Assembly: GCA_012837325.1 (NCBI GenBank)
Contig: DURK01000123.1
Span: forward strand, 1,662-65,661
DNA length: 64,000 nt
Source: Clostridiales bacterium
GTDB taxonomy: Bacteria; Bacillota; Clostridia; Caldicoprobacterales; DTU083
Direction of reading: 5' to 3'
The notes under the pieces are model-generated. The model had not been told where the DNA came from. It searched no databases and worked only from the letters and a program-made list of their open reading frames with translations. The position numbers and the translations under genes were made by a program. This document shows, in pieces, positions 19,932 to 27,437 of the stretch. Positions within the stretch are counted from its first letter, which is position 1; each line of letters opens with the position of its first letter.

Positions 19932-20177
19932 ATGGCAGGTAAAATTTCAGTTATTCTGCAGGATGTTTTTTTAAATCAGATTCGAAGGGATCACATTCCT
20001 GTTACAATTCATTTAACCAATGGATTTCAGTTAAGAGGCATGATAAAGGGCTTTGATAATTTCACAGTTGTACTGGAAAGTGATGGTAAGCAAATGATGA
20101 TCTACAAACATGCAATTTCCACCATTACACCGGCTCGACCCGTGGCATTTGGAGTTGATGCCCAGGATAACTCATAA
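19932..20177 (+). CDS. hfq: RNA chaperone Hfq
   Basis: ATG at 19932 lies 8 nt after AAAGGTGG. Sm motifs are present ([12 protein letters not shown]..., [25 protein letters not shown]). Confidence 0.88.
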   Translation: MAGKISVILQDVFLNQIRRDHIPVTIHLTNGFQLRGMIKGFDNFTVVLESDGKQMMIYKHAISTITPARPVAFGVDAQDNS

Positions 20178-20283
20178 ATATACTTAGTTAATAATTTAAT
20201 GAGAAGTATAGTTAAGAAGGGGACCATCCTGTGGCTGGTTCCTTTTGCATGAATAAACCACAAAGGATGACAAGAGGTGTGAA

Positions 20284-21576
20284 ATGAACTATCAGAATTA
20301 TTATGTGAATGATGCAGTCATCCATCCTAAAGCACTGCAGTTTGTAAATAAAGCCCAGGATGATATCATTTCTATGTTTTTAAAAATTGATGAAAGAGCA
20401 CAGTATCATCAATCCAGAATTTTAAATACATTTACCCGGCACAGGATCAGCCAGAGACATTTTGCTGCCACATCGGGCTATGGGTACGGAGATGATGGCA
20501 GAGACACCTTAGATTTAGTTTTCAAGGACCTGTTCGGTTGTGAGGACGCTTTGGTTCGTCCACAATGGGTATCAGGAACTCATGTTATAAGCGACAGTCT
20601 CTACGCTCTCTTACGACCAGGGGACACCTTGTTATCCATTTCAGGTGAACCATACGATACCCTTCACGATGTAATTGGCATTAAAAAGTGCGTTCCTGGA
20701 TCCCTGTGTGAATGGCAGGTTGATTACAAACAGATAGAATTAACACCGGAGGGTTGTATCAATCAAGCTGAAATTGAGAAGCAATTAATCGATCCGACTA
20801 TCAAGGTTGTTTTAATACAACGCTCCAGAGGCTACAGCATCAGAAGATCACTAACAATCAAGGAAATCAGAGAAAGTATTGAGCTGATAAGAAAACTTAG
20901 AAATGATGTTTTTGTTCTTGTAGACAATTGTTACGGAGAATTTACTGAAGACCAGGAACCGAGCAGCACCAAGGCTGATTTGGTGGTTGGCTCCTTAATC
21001 AAAAATCCAGGAGGGGGATTGGCACCTACCGGGGCTTATGCTGCAGGTACAAAAAAAGCAATTCAGTTGCTTTCTTCCCGGCTGACCTCTCCTGGTATTG
21101 GAAGAGAAGTCGGCTCTTATCCATCCAGCTACCAGTATTTTTATCAGGGTTTGTTTTTGGCTCCACATACTGTAGCGCAAGCTCTGAAAGGAGCAATATT
21201 GACAGGCAGAATTTTTGATCAGCTGGGCTATCGTGTTTTTCCTCATTGGTCGGATCATCGTTCTGATATTATTCAAGCTATTGAATTTCATTCTTCAGAG
21301 GAGTTGATATCCTTCTGTCAAGCCATTCAGTCTGCTTCGCCCGTGGAGGGTTATGTGGTTCCATATCCATGGGATATGCCTGGTTATGATCATCAGGTCA
21401 TTATGGCAGCAGGAGCTTTTGTACAGGGAGCATCCATTGAACTAAGTGCAGATGCACCAATTAAAAAGCCGTATGTAGCTTATCTGCAAGGGGGCTTGAC
21501 CTTCGAACATGTAAAACTGGCTATAATGAAAGTGCTCACTGTAATGCAGAAAGAAGGATACATCCAGCTGATTTAA
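20284..21576 (+). CDS. YnbB / 'aluminium resistance' family PLP-dependent lyase-like protein
   Basis: 430 aa. Family resemblance, and its usual position between hfq and lexA in Firmicutes. Confidence 0.65.
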   Translation: MNYQNYYVNDAVIHPKALQFVNKAQDDIISMFLKIDERAQYHQSRILNTFTRHRISQRHFAATSGYGYGDDGRDTLDLVFKDLFGCEDALVRPQWVSGTHVISDSLYALLRPGDTLLSISGEPYDTLHDVIGIKKCVPGSLCEWQVDYKQIELTPEGCINQAEIEKQLIDPTIKVVLIQRSRGYSIRRSLTIKEIRESIELIRKLRNDVFVLVDNCYGEFTEDQEPSSTKADLVVGSLIKNPGGGLAPTGAYAAGTKKAIQLLSSRLTSPGIGREVGSYPSSYQYFYQGLFLAPHTVAQALKGAILTGRIFDQLGYRVFPHWSDHRSDIIQAIEFHSSEELISFCQAIQSASPVEGYVVPYPWDMPGYDHQVIMAAGAFVQGASIELSADAPIKKPYVAYLQGGLTFEHVKLAIMKVLTVMQKEGYIQLI

Positions 21577-21601
21577 AGCTGGATGCATCCTTCTTTTTTT
21601 A
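21552..21601 (+). terminator. rho-independent terminator overlapping the CDS end
   Basis: 17-bp stem AGAAGGATACATCCAGC / GCTGGATGCATCCTTCT with one mismatch, followed by TTTTTTT. Confidence 0.75.
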
Positions 21602-21640
21602 TGAAACCCAATATTCACATCATATCAATTCAATGGTTAT

Positions 21641-22261
21641 CTAGTGAAACATACGAATGACGCCGATTACCTTTCCCAATATGGAAACATCCCGTACAAT
21701 AATGGGCTCCATTGCTGCATTTTCCGGTTGGAGACGAATATGATCTTTTTCCTTATAAAAGGTTTTTACCGTTGCTTCATCTTCAATAAGAGCAACAACC
21801 ATATCGCCATTTTGCGCGGTCGGTTTTTTCTCTATAATAACCAAATCTCCGTCTAGAATCCCGGCTTCGATCATACTTTCACCCCGGACGGACAGCATAA
21901 AAACATCATTGCTGTGATTATGAAGGTATTCTGCGGGAATTGGAAAGGTATCCTCGATGTTCTCTACGGCGAGAATAGGCTGGCCAGCTGTAACCTGTCC
22001 TACAATGGGAACATTAATCAATTCTTTTTTGAATACATAAGTGGTATCATCCAGTATTTCAATTGCCCTTGGCTTCGTAGGATCTCGTCTGATTAAACCT
22101 TTCTTTTCCAGCCTTTCCAGATAGCCGTGGACGGTGGAAGTGGATTTTAATCCTACAGCATCACAGATTTCGCGGACGGAGGGGGGATAACCTTTTGTTC
22201 GGATTTCCTTTTTGAGAAAATTTAGGATTTTCTTTTGCTTTTCGCTAAGGGCTTGGGCCAT
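21641..22261 (-). CDS. lexA: SOS repressor LexA
   Basis: Start taken at M101 of the track ORF ([16 protein letters not shown]...). Winged-HTH N-terminus and S24 peptidase C-terminus (GESM ... K). The upstream 100 codons cover the promoter region. Confidence 0.9.
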   Translation of the reverse strand: MAQALSEKQKKILNFLKKEIRTKGYPPSVREICDAVGLKSTSTVHGYLERLEKKGLIRRDPTKPRAIEILDDTTYVFKKELINVPIVGQVTAGQPILAVENIEDTFPIPAEYLHNHSNDVFMLSVRGESMIEAGILDGDLVIIEKKPTAQNGDMVVALIEDEATVKTFYKEKDHIRLQPENAAMEPIIVRDVSILGKVIGVIRMFH

Positions 22262-22313
22262 AGAGCACACCTCACTGTATAAAAGTCTTTCAAGTCTATT
22301 TATTGTTGACTGA

Positions 22314-22342
22314 ATTATAACATAAAAAATAGGAAAAATCAA
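22314..22342 (-). promoter_or_regulatory. lexA promoter
   Basis: On the - strand: TTGATT, 17-nt spacer, TATAAT. The -35 element overlaps an SOS box. Confidence 0.5.
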
Positions 22343-22353
22343 ACAAATGTTCG
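22340..22353 (-). promoter_or_regulatory. LexA (Cheo/SOS) box, one half-site degenerate
   Basis: The - strand reads CGAACATTTGTTTG, compared with the Firmicute consensus CGAAC-N4-GTTCG. Confidence 0.55.
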
Positions 22354-22385
22354 GATAATTTCCTGAAAAAAAAATAAAAAATGCA

Positions 22386-22414
22386 TTGACCCAGAACAAG
22401 TGTTCTTGTATAAT
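22386..22414 (+). promoter_or_regulatory. SOS-controlled promoter of the yneA-like gene
   Basis: TTGACC, 17-nt spacer, TATAAT, with a perfect GAAC-N4-GTTC box inside the spacer. Confidence 0.6.
22394..22405. promoter_or_regulatory. LexA (Cheo/SOS) box
   Basis: GAACAAGTGTTC, a perfect GAAC-N4-GTTC palindrome within the promoter spacer. Confidence 0.75.
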
Positions 22415-22421
22415 AGTAACA

Positions 22422-22433
22422 GAACATATGTTC
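22422..22433. promoter_or_regulatory. LexA (Cheo/SOS) box
   Basis: GAACATATGTTC (AGAACATATGTTCG) lies just downstream of the -10 element and 16 nt before the start codon. Confidence 0.75.
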
Positions 22434-22448
22434 GGGGAGGCGTTTCGA

Positions 22449-22772
22449 ATGACAATCCGTATCAAATCAAAATTCAGATTGACGATCTCTATTATGATTC
22501 TGTTGTTACTTTTTAGTTTTATACTTTCTTTTTTTCTGCTAAAGGGGAAGGCACAGGTCACACCTAGCTATTATTTAAAATGGAGTGTTTCAAGCGGTGA
22601 TACCTTATGGAAAATAGCTGAAAGTTCACTTCCAAAAGGCCGGGATATTCGGTGCTATATTAGTGAAATACGCGAATGGAATCATTTAAGCTCTTCTGTT
22701 ATCAAAGAAGGTCAAACGCTGCAAATTCCTATTTATGATAGCGACAACACAGTTCAAACAGCAGTCCGTTAA
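22449..22772 (+). CDS. YneA-like SOS cell-division inhibitor (TM helix + LysM)
   Basis: ATG at 22449 follows GGGGAGG. 107 aa with an N-terminal TM helix and a LysM domain (GDTLWKIA...GQTLQIP). Divergent from lexA, as is B. subtilis yneA. Confidence 0.7.
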   Translation: MTIRIKSKFRLTISIMILLLLFSFILSFFLLKGKAQVTPSYYLKWSVSSGDTLWKIAESSLPKGRDIRCYISEIREWNHLSSSVIKEGQTLQIPIYDSDNTVQTAVR

Positions 22773-23833
22773 TCGTCCCTTAACTTGACAACACGTGCTG
22801 CTATCCGTCTTTTATCATCACTTATGGCAGCATAATGTTTTCTGGTTGTGTTTACATCTTTGTGGCCCAATACATCCGCTACCAGGTAAATATCACCGGT
22901 TTCCCGATAAAGAGTGGTACCATATGTACTGCGTAATTTATGAGGCGATATTTTTTTTAATGGGCTGACTATCCTTGCATATTTTTTTACCAGGTTTTGA
23001 ATAGCACGGTTGCTTAAACGTTTTCGTTGCATTGAAAGAAACAATGCATCCTCATGACCAGCCAATGGTTCTATTTGCGTTCTTTCCTTCAAGTAAGCCT
23101 CCAATGTTTCTCGAACCTCAGTTCCGAAATATAGAAAAACTTGATTACCGCCTTTTCTAGTTACCTTAAACCCATTGGTGTTAAAATCAAAGTCTGTTAT
23201 ATTCAGCCCTACGCACTCACTGATTCGAATACCGGTTCCTAAAAACAGCGTTAATATGGCTAGATCTCTTTGCCTAGTATATTTATGATATCGTTTTTGT
23301 GTATCTGTCAGACCAAATCCATTTTCAACAGAGTCCAGTAGTCTGGCCACTTCATCCACATCCAGGCGGATAATCGCTTTTTCATGAATCTTTGGTATAT
23401 CAACCAGTTCTGTTACATTACGATCCAGATAACCCTTTTTATAGAAATGGGAGAAGCAAGAGCGTATTGCCGAAAGCTTTCGAGCTTTGCCAGACTCATG
23501 ATTTGCCATACCATCTCCTGAACTTCCTGAAGACCTGTTGTATAAGGTTATATATTCCAAAAACATTTCCAGGTGAACAGCTTCTATTCTCTTTAAATCC
23601 TGTATTGTAAGATCCTGTGGTATTTTCTCACAAAATTCTTCAACTTCACTGGTAAGATATTGAAAAAAGAGCCGCAGATCATAACCATAATTAATTCGCG
23701 TCAATATAGAAGTATGAGGCTCTATTCCACGGAAATATTCAGCGCAAAAAGGAGGAAGGTCTTTTATTACTTTCCTCAGCCTGATTATGTTCAATTTGCT
23801 TTGATGAATACTGAAGGGTTTTGAAGTATGCAC
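22769..23833 (-). CDS. tyrosine recombinase, long XerS-like architecture
   Basis: 354 aa with a GTG start 9 nt after GAGGA. C-terminal catalytic residues are in context (R in GIRISE, HKLRST, LGHKDVNTTRKHY). About 40 residues longer than the XerD in this window. Confidence 0.75.
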   Translation of the reverse strand: MHTSKPFSIHQSKLNIIRLRKVIKDLPPFCAEYFRGIEPHTSILTRINYGYDLRLFFQYLTSEVEEFCEKIPQDLTIQDLKRIEAVHLEMFLEYITLYNRSSGSSGDGMANHESGKARKLSAIRSCFSHFYKKGYLDRNVTELVDIPKIHEKAIIRLDVDEVARLLDSVENGFGLTDTQKRYHKYTRQRDLAILTLFLGTGIRISECVGLNITDFDFNTNGFKVTRKGGNQVFLYFGTEVRETLEAYLKERTQIEPLAGHEDALFLSMQRKRLSNRAIQNLVKKYARIVSPLKKISPHKLRSTYGTTLYRETGDIYLVADVLGHKDVNTTRKHYAAISDDKRRIAARVVKLRDD

Positions 23834-23867
23834 TTTAATGATTCCTCATCTTCATACAGTTATTTCC

Positions 23868-23899
23868 TTATATTTATTATATCATAGATTATATTTATT
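23868..23899. repeat. two identical 11-nt direct repeats (TTATATTTATT), 21-bp phase
   Basis: Copies at 23868-23878 and 23889-23899, in the promoter region between the recombinase and the tiny peptide gene. Confidence 0.5.
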
Positions 23900-24018
23900 G
23901 TACAAAATGATGCATCGGTACCTAATCACAAGGTTTAAAATATTTCATATACTGCTAATAGGCGATAAAAAAGATATCCATCTGACTGAACAGACTATTT
24001 ATGAAAGGGGAAAGGATC

Positions 24019-24207
24019 ATGAGCAGCGGTATCTTAGGTGGAGCATTCGGGAATGCAGACGATAGTTTACTTTTTTTCTTCCTGCTTCTTGTTATTATCT
24101 TCTGCAATTGCGGGTTGTTCCGTAAAGATAATTCTGAACTACTGTTCTTTTTCTTACTGTTGGTAATTCTGTTTGGCGGCGGGACCTGCTGCGGAATTGG
24201 CAGATAA
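24019..24207 (+). CDS. tiny Cys-rich hydrophobic peptide with internal duplication (reminiscent of YjcZ/'tiny TM' sporulation peptides)
   Basis: 62 aa from the ATG at 24019, after GGGGAAAGG. LLFFFLLLVI occurs twice, encoded by different synonymous codons. Followed by a terminator. Confidence 0.6.
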   Translation: MSSGILGGAFGNADDSLLFFFLLLVIIFCNCGLFRKDNSELLFFFLLLVILFGGGTCCGIGR

Positions 24208-24261
24208 AACAGAATACACAGGTAAGAGGTAAGAGGTGCGCTGAAAAGCTTAAACTGGGCA

Positions 24262-24296
24262 GGATAGCAGTATGATAGATCAACATACTGTTATCC
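24262..24296 (+). terminator. rho-independent terminator
   Basis: GGATAGCAGTATG-9 nt-CATACTGTTATCC hairpin (one mismatch) followed by TTTACATATTTTTT. Confidence 0.55.
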
Positions 24297-24455
24297 TTTA
24301 CATATTTTTTGTTACTCTGCGTAAAACTTGTATTTTGCGCATAGTTACAAATTTTAACATTGTCTCTTCTCTATCTAAAAAAGTATATTTCATAACCACC
24401 AATTGTCTGCTAAGCAATTCCACATATCCCCTTTGCTAACCTATTTAAATTTTTA

Positions 24456-24498
24456 AATCATCAAGTTAACATAACATTATTATGTCAACTTGATGATT
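24456..24498 (-). terminator. probable terminator hairpin downstream of rnhA
   Basis: 17-bp stem AATCATCAAGTTAACAT / ATGTCAACTTGATGATT with one mismatch. The trailing sequence is A/T-rich and the U-tract is weak. Confidence 0.45.
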
Positions 24499-24524
24499 CT
24501 TTAGTATTCATCATTCATATCGAT

Positions 24525-24977
24525 CTATTCAATTGACTCATTTTTAAGCTGTTTTATGGCAGATCTAGCCAGCGCATCGCATCGATTGTTTTTCTCATTG
24601 TCGCTATGGCCTTTAACCTTATTCCATTCTATCTGGTGTGAATCAATAAGTCTTAACAAGGCTTTCCATAAGTCTTGATTTTCAACCGGATCTTTCCTGC
24701 TGTTGATCCAGTTGTTTTTTTGCCATGTTTCAATCCAACCTTGTGTAAACGCGTTGTAAACATAGGCACTATCGGTATAAATTTTTACGTAACATGGTTG
24801 ATTTAATGCTTCCAATGCCTTTATTATACCAGTTAATTCCATACGGTTATTGGTTGTACTTGCCTCACACCCAGATATTTCCTTTTCTGTGTCCATATAG
24901 GATAAAATGGCACCCCAGCCACCCGGGCCGGGATTTCCGCTGCAGGCACCATCTGTATATATTTCTACTTCTTTCAA
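24525..24977 (-). CDS. rnhA: ribonuclease HI
   Basis: EIYTDGACSGNPGPGGWG motif. I prefer the TTG at 24977, which lies after GGAGAAAGGAAG and 5 nt after the proC stop. The ATG at 25022 would overlap proC by 40 nt. Confidence 0.8.
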   Translation of the reverse strand: MKEVEIYTDGACSGNPGPGGWGAILSYMDTEKEISGCEASTTNNRMELTGIIKALEALNQPCYVKIYTDSAYVYNAFTQGWIETWQKNNWINSRKDPVENQDLWKALLRLIDSHQIEWNKVKGHSDNEKNNRCDALARSAIKQLKNESIE

Positions 24978-24982
24978 GGATT

Positions 24983-25804
24983 CTATCTTCCTTTCTCCAT
25001 ATCCATACTCTTTTTTGCACATGCACGAACTGCTTCAATGATGGTACTTCTAAACTTGCCTTGTTCAAGGGAAGCAACTGCATTGATGGTTGTACCTCCA
25101 GGAGAACAAACCATATCCTTCAGTTCTCCTGGGTGCTTTCCAGTCTGTAATACCATCTTTGCCGCACCTAAAAGAGATTGGGCAGCCATCTTATAGCTTT
25201 GCTCCCTGGAAAGCCCCATCATGACTCCACCATCAGCCAGAGCTTCTAAAAATAAAAAGGCATAAGCAGGACTGCTCCCACTGATAGCCGTAGCTCCATG
25301 AATCTGGCTTTCCGTAACAAATTCTATACTCCCGAAAGACTTCAGAATGCTGCATGCTTTTGTGAGATATTCCTCAGGTATGGAAGAATCTTTACATATA
25401 GCAGTCATACCCTCCCCTATCAATGCTGGAGTATTGGGCATGGTGCGAATAACATAACATTTCTCCTGTATCATATCCTTTAACTGCCTTATGGTAATAC
25501 CTGCCGCAATAGACAAGACTAAATGGCTTGGTGTAAGTGCATTCTTGATCTCAGATAGAACGCCGGCAACAAATGATGGTTTCACCGCTAAGACAATTAT
25601 ACTGCAGTTTACAGCAAGATGCTTGGATGATTGAGCAATGTTAACGCCCAGCTCCTCTTGCAGCTGCTGACATTTATCTTGCTGCTGATCATAAATCCAG
25701 ATGAACTCCGGCTTGGCAGCGTTTCTTTTTATCATGCATCGAATCATGGCGGAGCCCATGTTCCCTGCTCCGATAAAACCAATGGTTACTCTTTGAAAAG
25801 TCAT
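24983..25804 (-). CDS. proC: pyrroline-5-carboxylate reductase
   Basis: 273 aa with an N-terminal Rossmann GFIGAGNMG motif and the conserved C-terminal SPGGTT motif. Confidence 0.88.
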   Translation of the reverse strand: MTFQRVTIGFIGAGNMGSAMIRCMIKRNAAKPEFIWIYDQQQDKCQQLQEELGVNIAQSSKHLAVNCSIIVLAVKPSFVAGVLSEIKNALTPSHLVLSIAAGITIRQLKDMIQEKCYVIRTMPNTPALIGEGMTAICKDSSIPEEYLTKACSILKSFGSIEFVTESQIHGATAISGSSPAYAFLFLEALADGGVMMGLSREQSYKMAAQSLLGAAKMVLQTGKHPGELKDMVCSPGGTTINAVASLEQGKFRSTIIEAVRACAKKSMDMEKGR

Positions 25805-25897
25805 GTCGAATCGCCTTTTCTTATATTTATTTACTGGATAATCTTACTATACCATAGACTTTATGGCTTTTCCATGCAAAATATTTTTCAAATATCA

Positions 25898-25926
25898 TTG
25901 ACTTATTTGGTCTGTTATCCTATAAT
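25898..25926 (+). promoter_or_regulatory. sigma-A promoter of tRNA-Trp
   Basis: TTGACT, 17-nt spacer, TATAAT, about 34 nt upstream of the mature 5' end. Confidence 0.55.
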
Positions 25927-25959
25927 AAATGATGTCGCCATTTGAGGACAATAATTTAT

Positions 25960-26035
25960 AGGGGAGTAGCTCAATTGGTAGAGTAGTGGTCTCCAAAACC
26001 ATTGGTTGCGTGTTCGAGTCGCGTCTCCCCTGCCA
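25960..26035 (+). tRNA. trnW: tRNA-Trp (anticodon CCA)
   Basis: 76 nt. Acceptor stem AGGGGAG/CTCCCCT, anticodon loop CTCCAAA, T-arm GTTCGAGTC, and an encoded 3' CCA. Confidence 0.9.
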
Positions 26036-26037
26036 AC

Positions 26038-26071
26038 AAAAAGAGTGGTTCTATTCCACTCTTTTTGTTTT
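26038..26071 (+). terminator. rho-independent terminator
   Basis: AAAAAGAGTGG-7 nt-CCACTCTTTTT hairpin followed by GTTTT. Confidence 0.7.
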
Positions 26072-26146
26072 CACAAGCTTGCTGCATTTTCATTAATCCA
26101 AAACCAAGACAGCTGGAAAGATTTGAATCAGTAAAACCCATAGCAA

Positions 26147-27340
26147 TCAAACCAGTTCTTCCATAAATTGTTGAATGCGGTCTAATCCCTTTTGAATTTT
26201 GTCCATAGAGGTGGCATAAGACAACCTGACAAAAAGATCTGCACCAAATGCAATACCTGGTACAATCGTAACCTTCTTGGATTCAAGCAAGGCATCGGCA
26301 AATGATATAGAACCATTAATGAGAGTGTTTCCGTGTCTCTTGCCTATGGCTTGGCTGATGTTCATCATCACATAAAAGGATCCCTTAGGTAATTTACATG
26401 ATAGAAGAGGTATGGAATTAATTTTTTCAACCATGTAAAGACGTCTCTCATCAAACACGCTAACCATTTCCTGTATTTTTTCCTTTGGTGTTTCCAATGC
26501 AGCTATACTAGCATATTGTGCAATGGAATTTGGATTTGAAGTGGAATGAGATTGTATATTGCTCATGACATTGATTACATCCAGGGGACCTGCTACGTAA
26601 CCAATCCTCCACCCAGTCATGGCATAAGCTTTTGACATGCCGTTTACAGTAAGAGTTAACTCCTTCACCTTATCATTAAGAGAAGCAATGCTGACGTGCT
26701 GTGTTTCATCATAGACCATTTCCTCGTAGATTTCATCGGAAACAATGAAAAGCCCTCGCTTCACAGCAAGTTCTGCTATCACTTCCAGCTCTTCCTTCTT
26801 ATAAACACATCCATTTGGATTGCTCGGGCTGTTTAGAATAATGGCTTTGGTATTGGGATTAATTGCCTTCTCTATATCATCTCTGGTAACTTTAAAACAA
26901 TTTTCTTCTTTCGTATCAATAAAAACAGGTATTCCATCTGCCATCTTTACCATTTCCGGATAGCTGAGCCAATAAGGCTTCGGAATCAGAACCTGGTCCC
27001 CCGGGTTTAAAATCGCCTGGAAAATATTATATAAGGAGTGCTTGGCTCCATTGGAAACAATAATTTCATCAGGTGTATAGACAATATGATTGTCTCTTTC
27101 CAACTTCCTGCATATTGCCTTTCTCAACTGAAGGATGCCTGATGAAGGAGTATACCTGGTAAGACCTTGATCCAATGCATTCTTGGCAGCTTGAATGATA
27201 TAATCCGGTGTGGGGAAATCCGGTTCTCCTGCTCCAAATCCAATTACATCGTACCCTTCTGATAGCATCTTTTTTGCTTTGGCATCGATGGCAAGGGTTA
27301 ACGACTCCGAAATATTTAGGTTTTTTTGAGATAAAATCAT
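26147..27340 (-). CDS. class I PLP aminotransferase (aspartate aminotransferase type)
   Basis: 397 aa with the Schiff-base region NGMSKAYAMTGWRIGY. Confidence 0.8.
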   Translation of the reverse strand: MILSQKNLNISESLTLAIDAKAKKMLSEGYDVIGFGAGEPDFPTPDYIIQAAKNALDQGLTRYTPSSGILQLRKAICRKLERDNHIVYTPDEIIVSNGAKHSLYNIFQAILNPGDQVLIPKPYWLSYPEMVKMADGIPVFIDTKEENCFKVTRDDIEKAINPNTKAIILNSPSNPNGCVYKKEELEVIAELAVKRGLFIVSDEIYEEMVYDETQHVSIASLNDKVKELTLTVNGMSKAYAMTGWRIGYVAGPLDVINVMSNIQSHSTSNPNSIAQYASIAALETPKEKIQEMVSVFDERRLYMVEKINSIPLLSCKLPKGSFYVMMNISQAIGKRHGNTLINGSISFADALLESKKVTIVPGIAFGADLFVRLSYATSMDKIQKGLDRIQQFMEELV

Positions 27341-27437
27341 GTATGGATAGCCTCCTGAATGAAAGATTTATGTGTGAATCCATCAATTCTTTGTATTATA
27401 ACATGATTATTATTCAATGTCTATGCATAAATGAAGC

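Noticed and set aside
22262-22561. 100-codon N-terminal extension of the LexA ORF in the six-frame track
   Set aside because: The extension spans the lexA promoter, three SOS boxes and the divergent promoter. It has no RBS and a junk-like sequence. The canonical LexA N-terminus starts at the ATG at 22261.
25804-25810. Second exact TGTCGAA (0A box) at the proC start codon
   Set aside because: It is a single 7-mer on the strand opposite to proC, overlapping the start codon, with no promoter context. A 7-mer is expected by chance a few times in 64 kb.
22769-26035. Integrase plus nearby tRNA-Trp as the edge of a genomic island or prophage
   Set aside because: The genes between them (tiny peptide, rnhA, proC) and beyond are housekeeping or sporulation type. 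I saw no copy of the tRNA 3' end that could serve as an att repeat and no phage or conjugation genes. This cannot be fully excluded without a repeat search.
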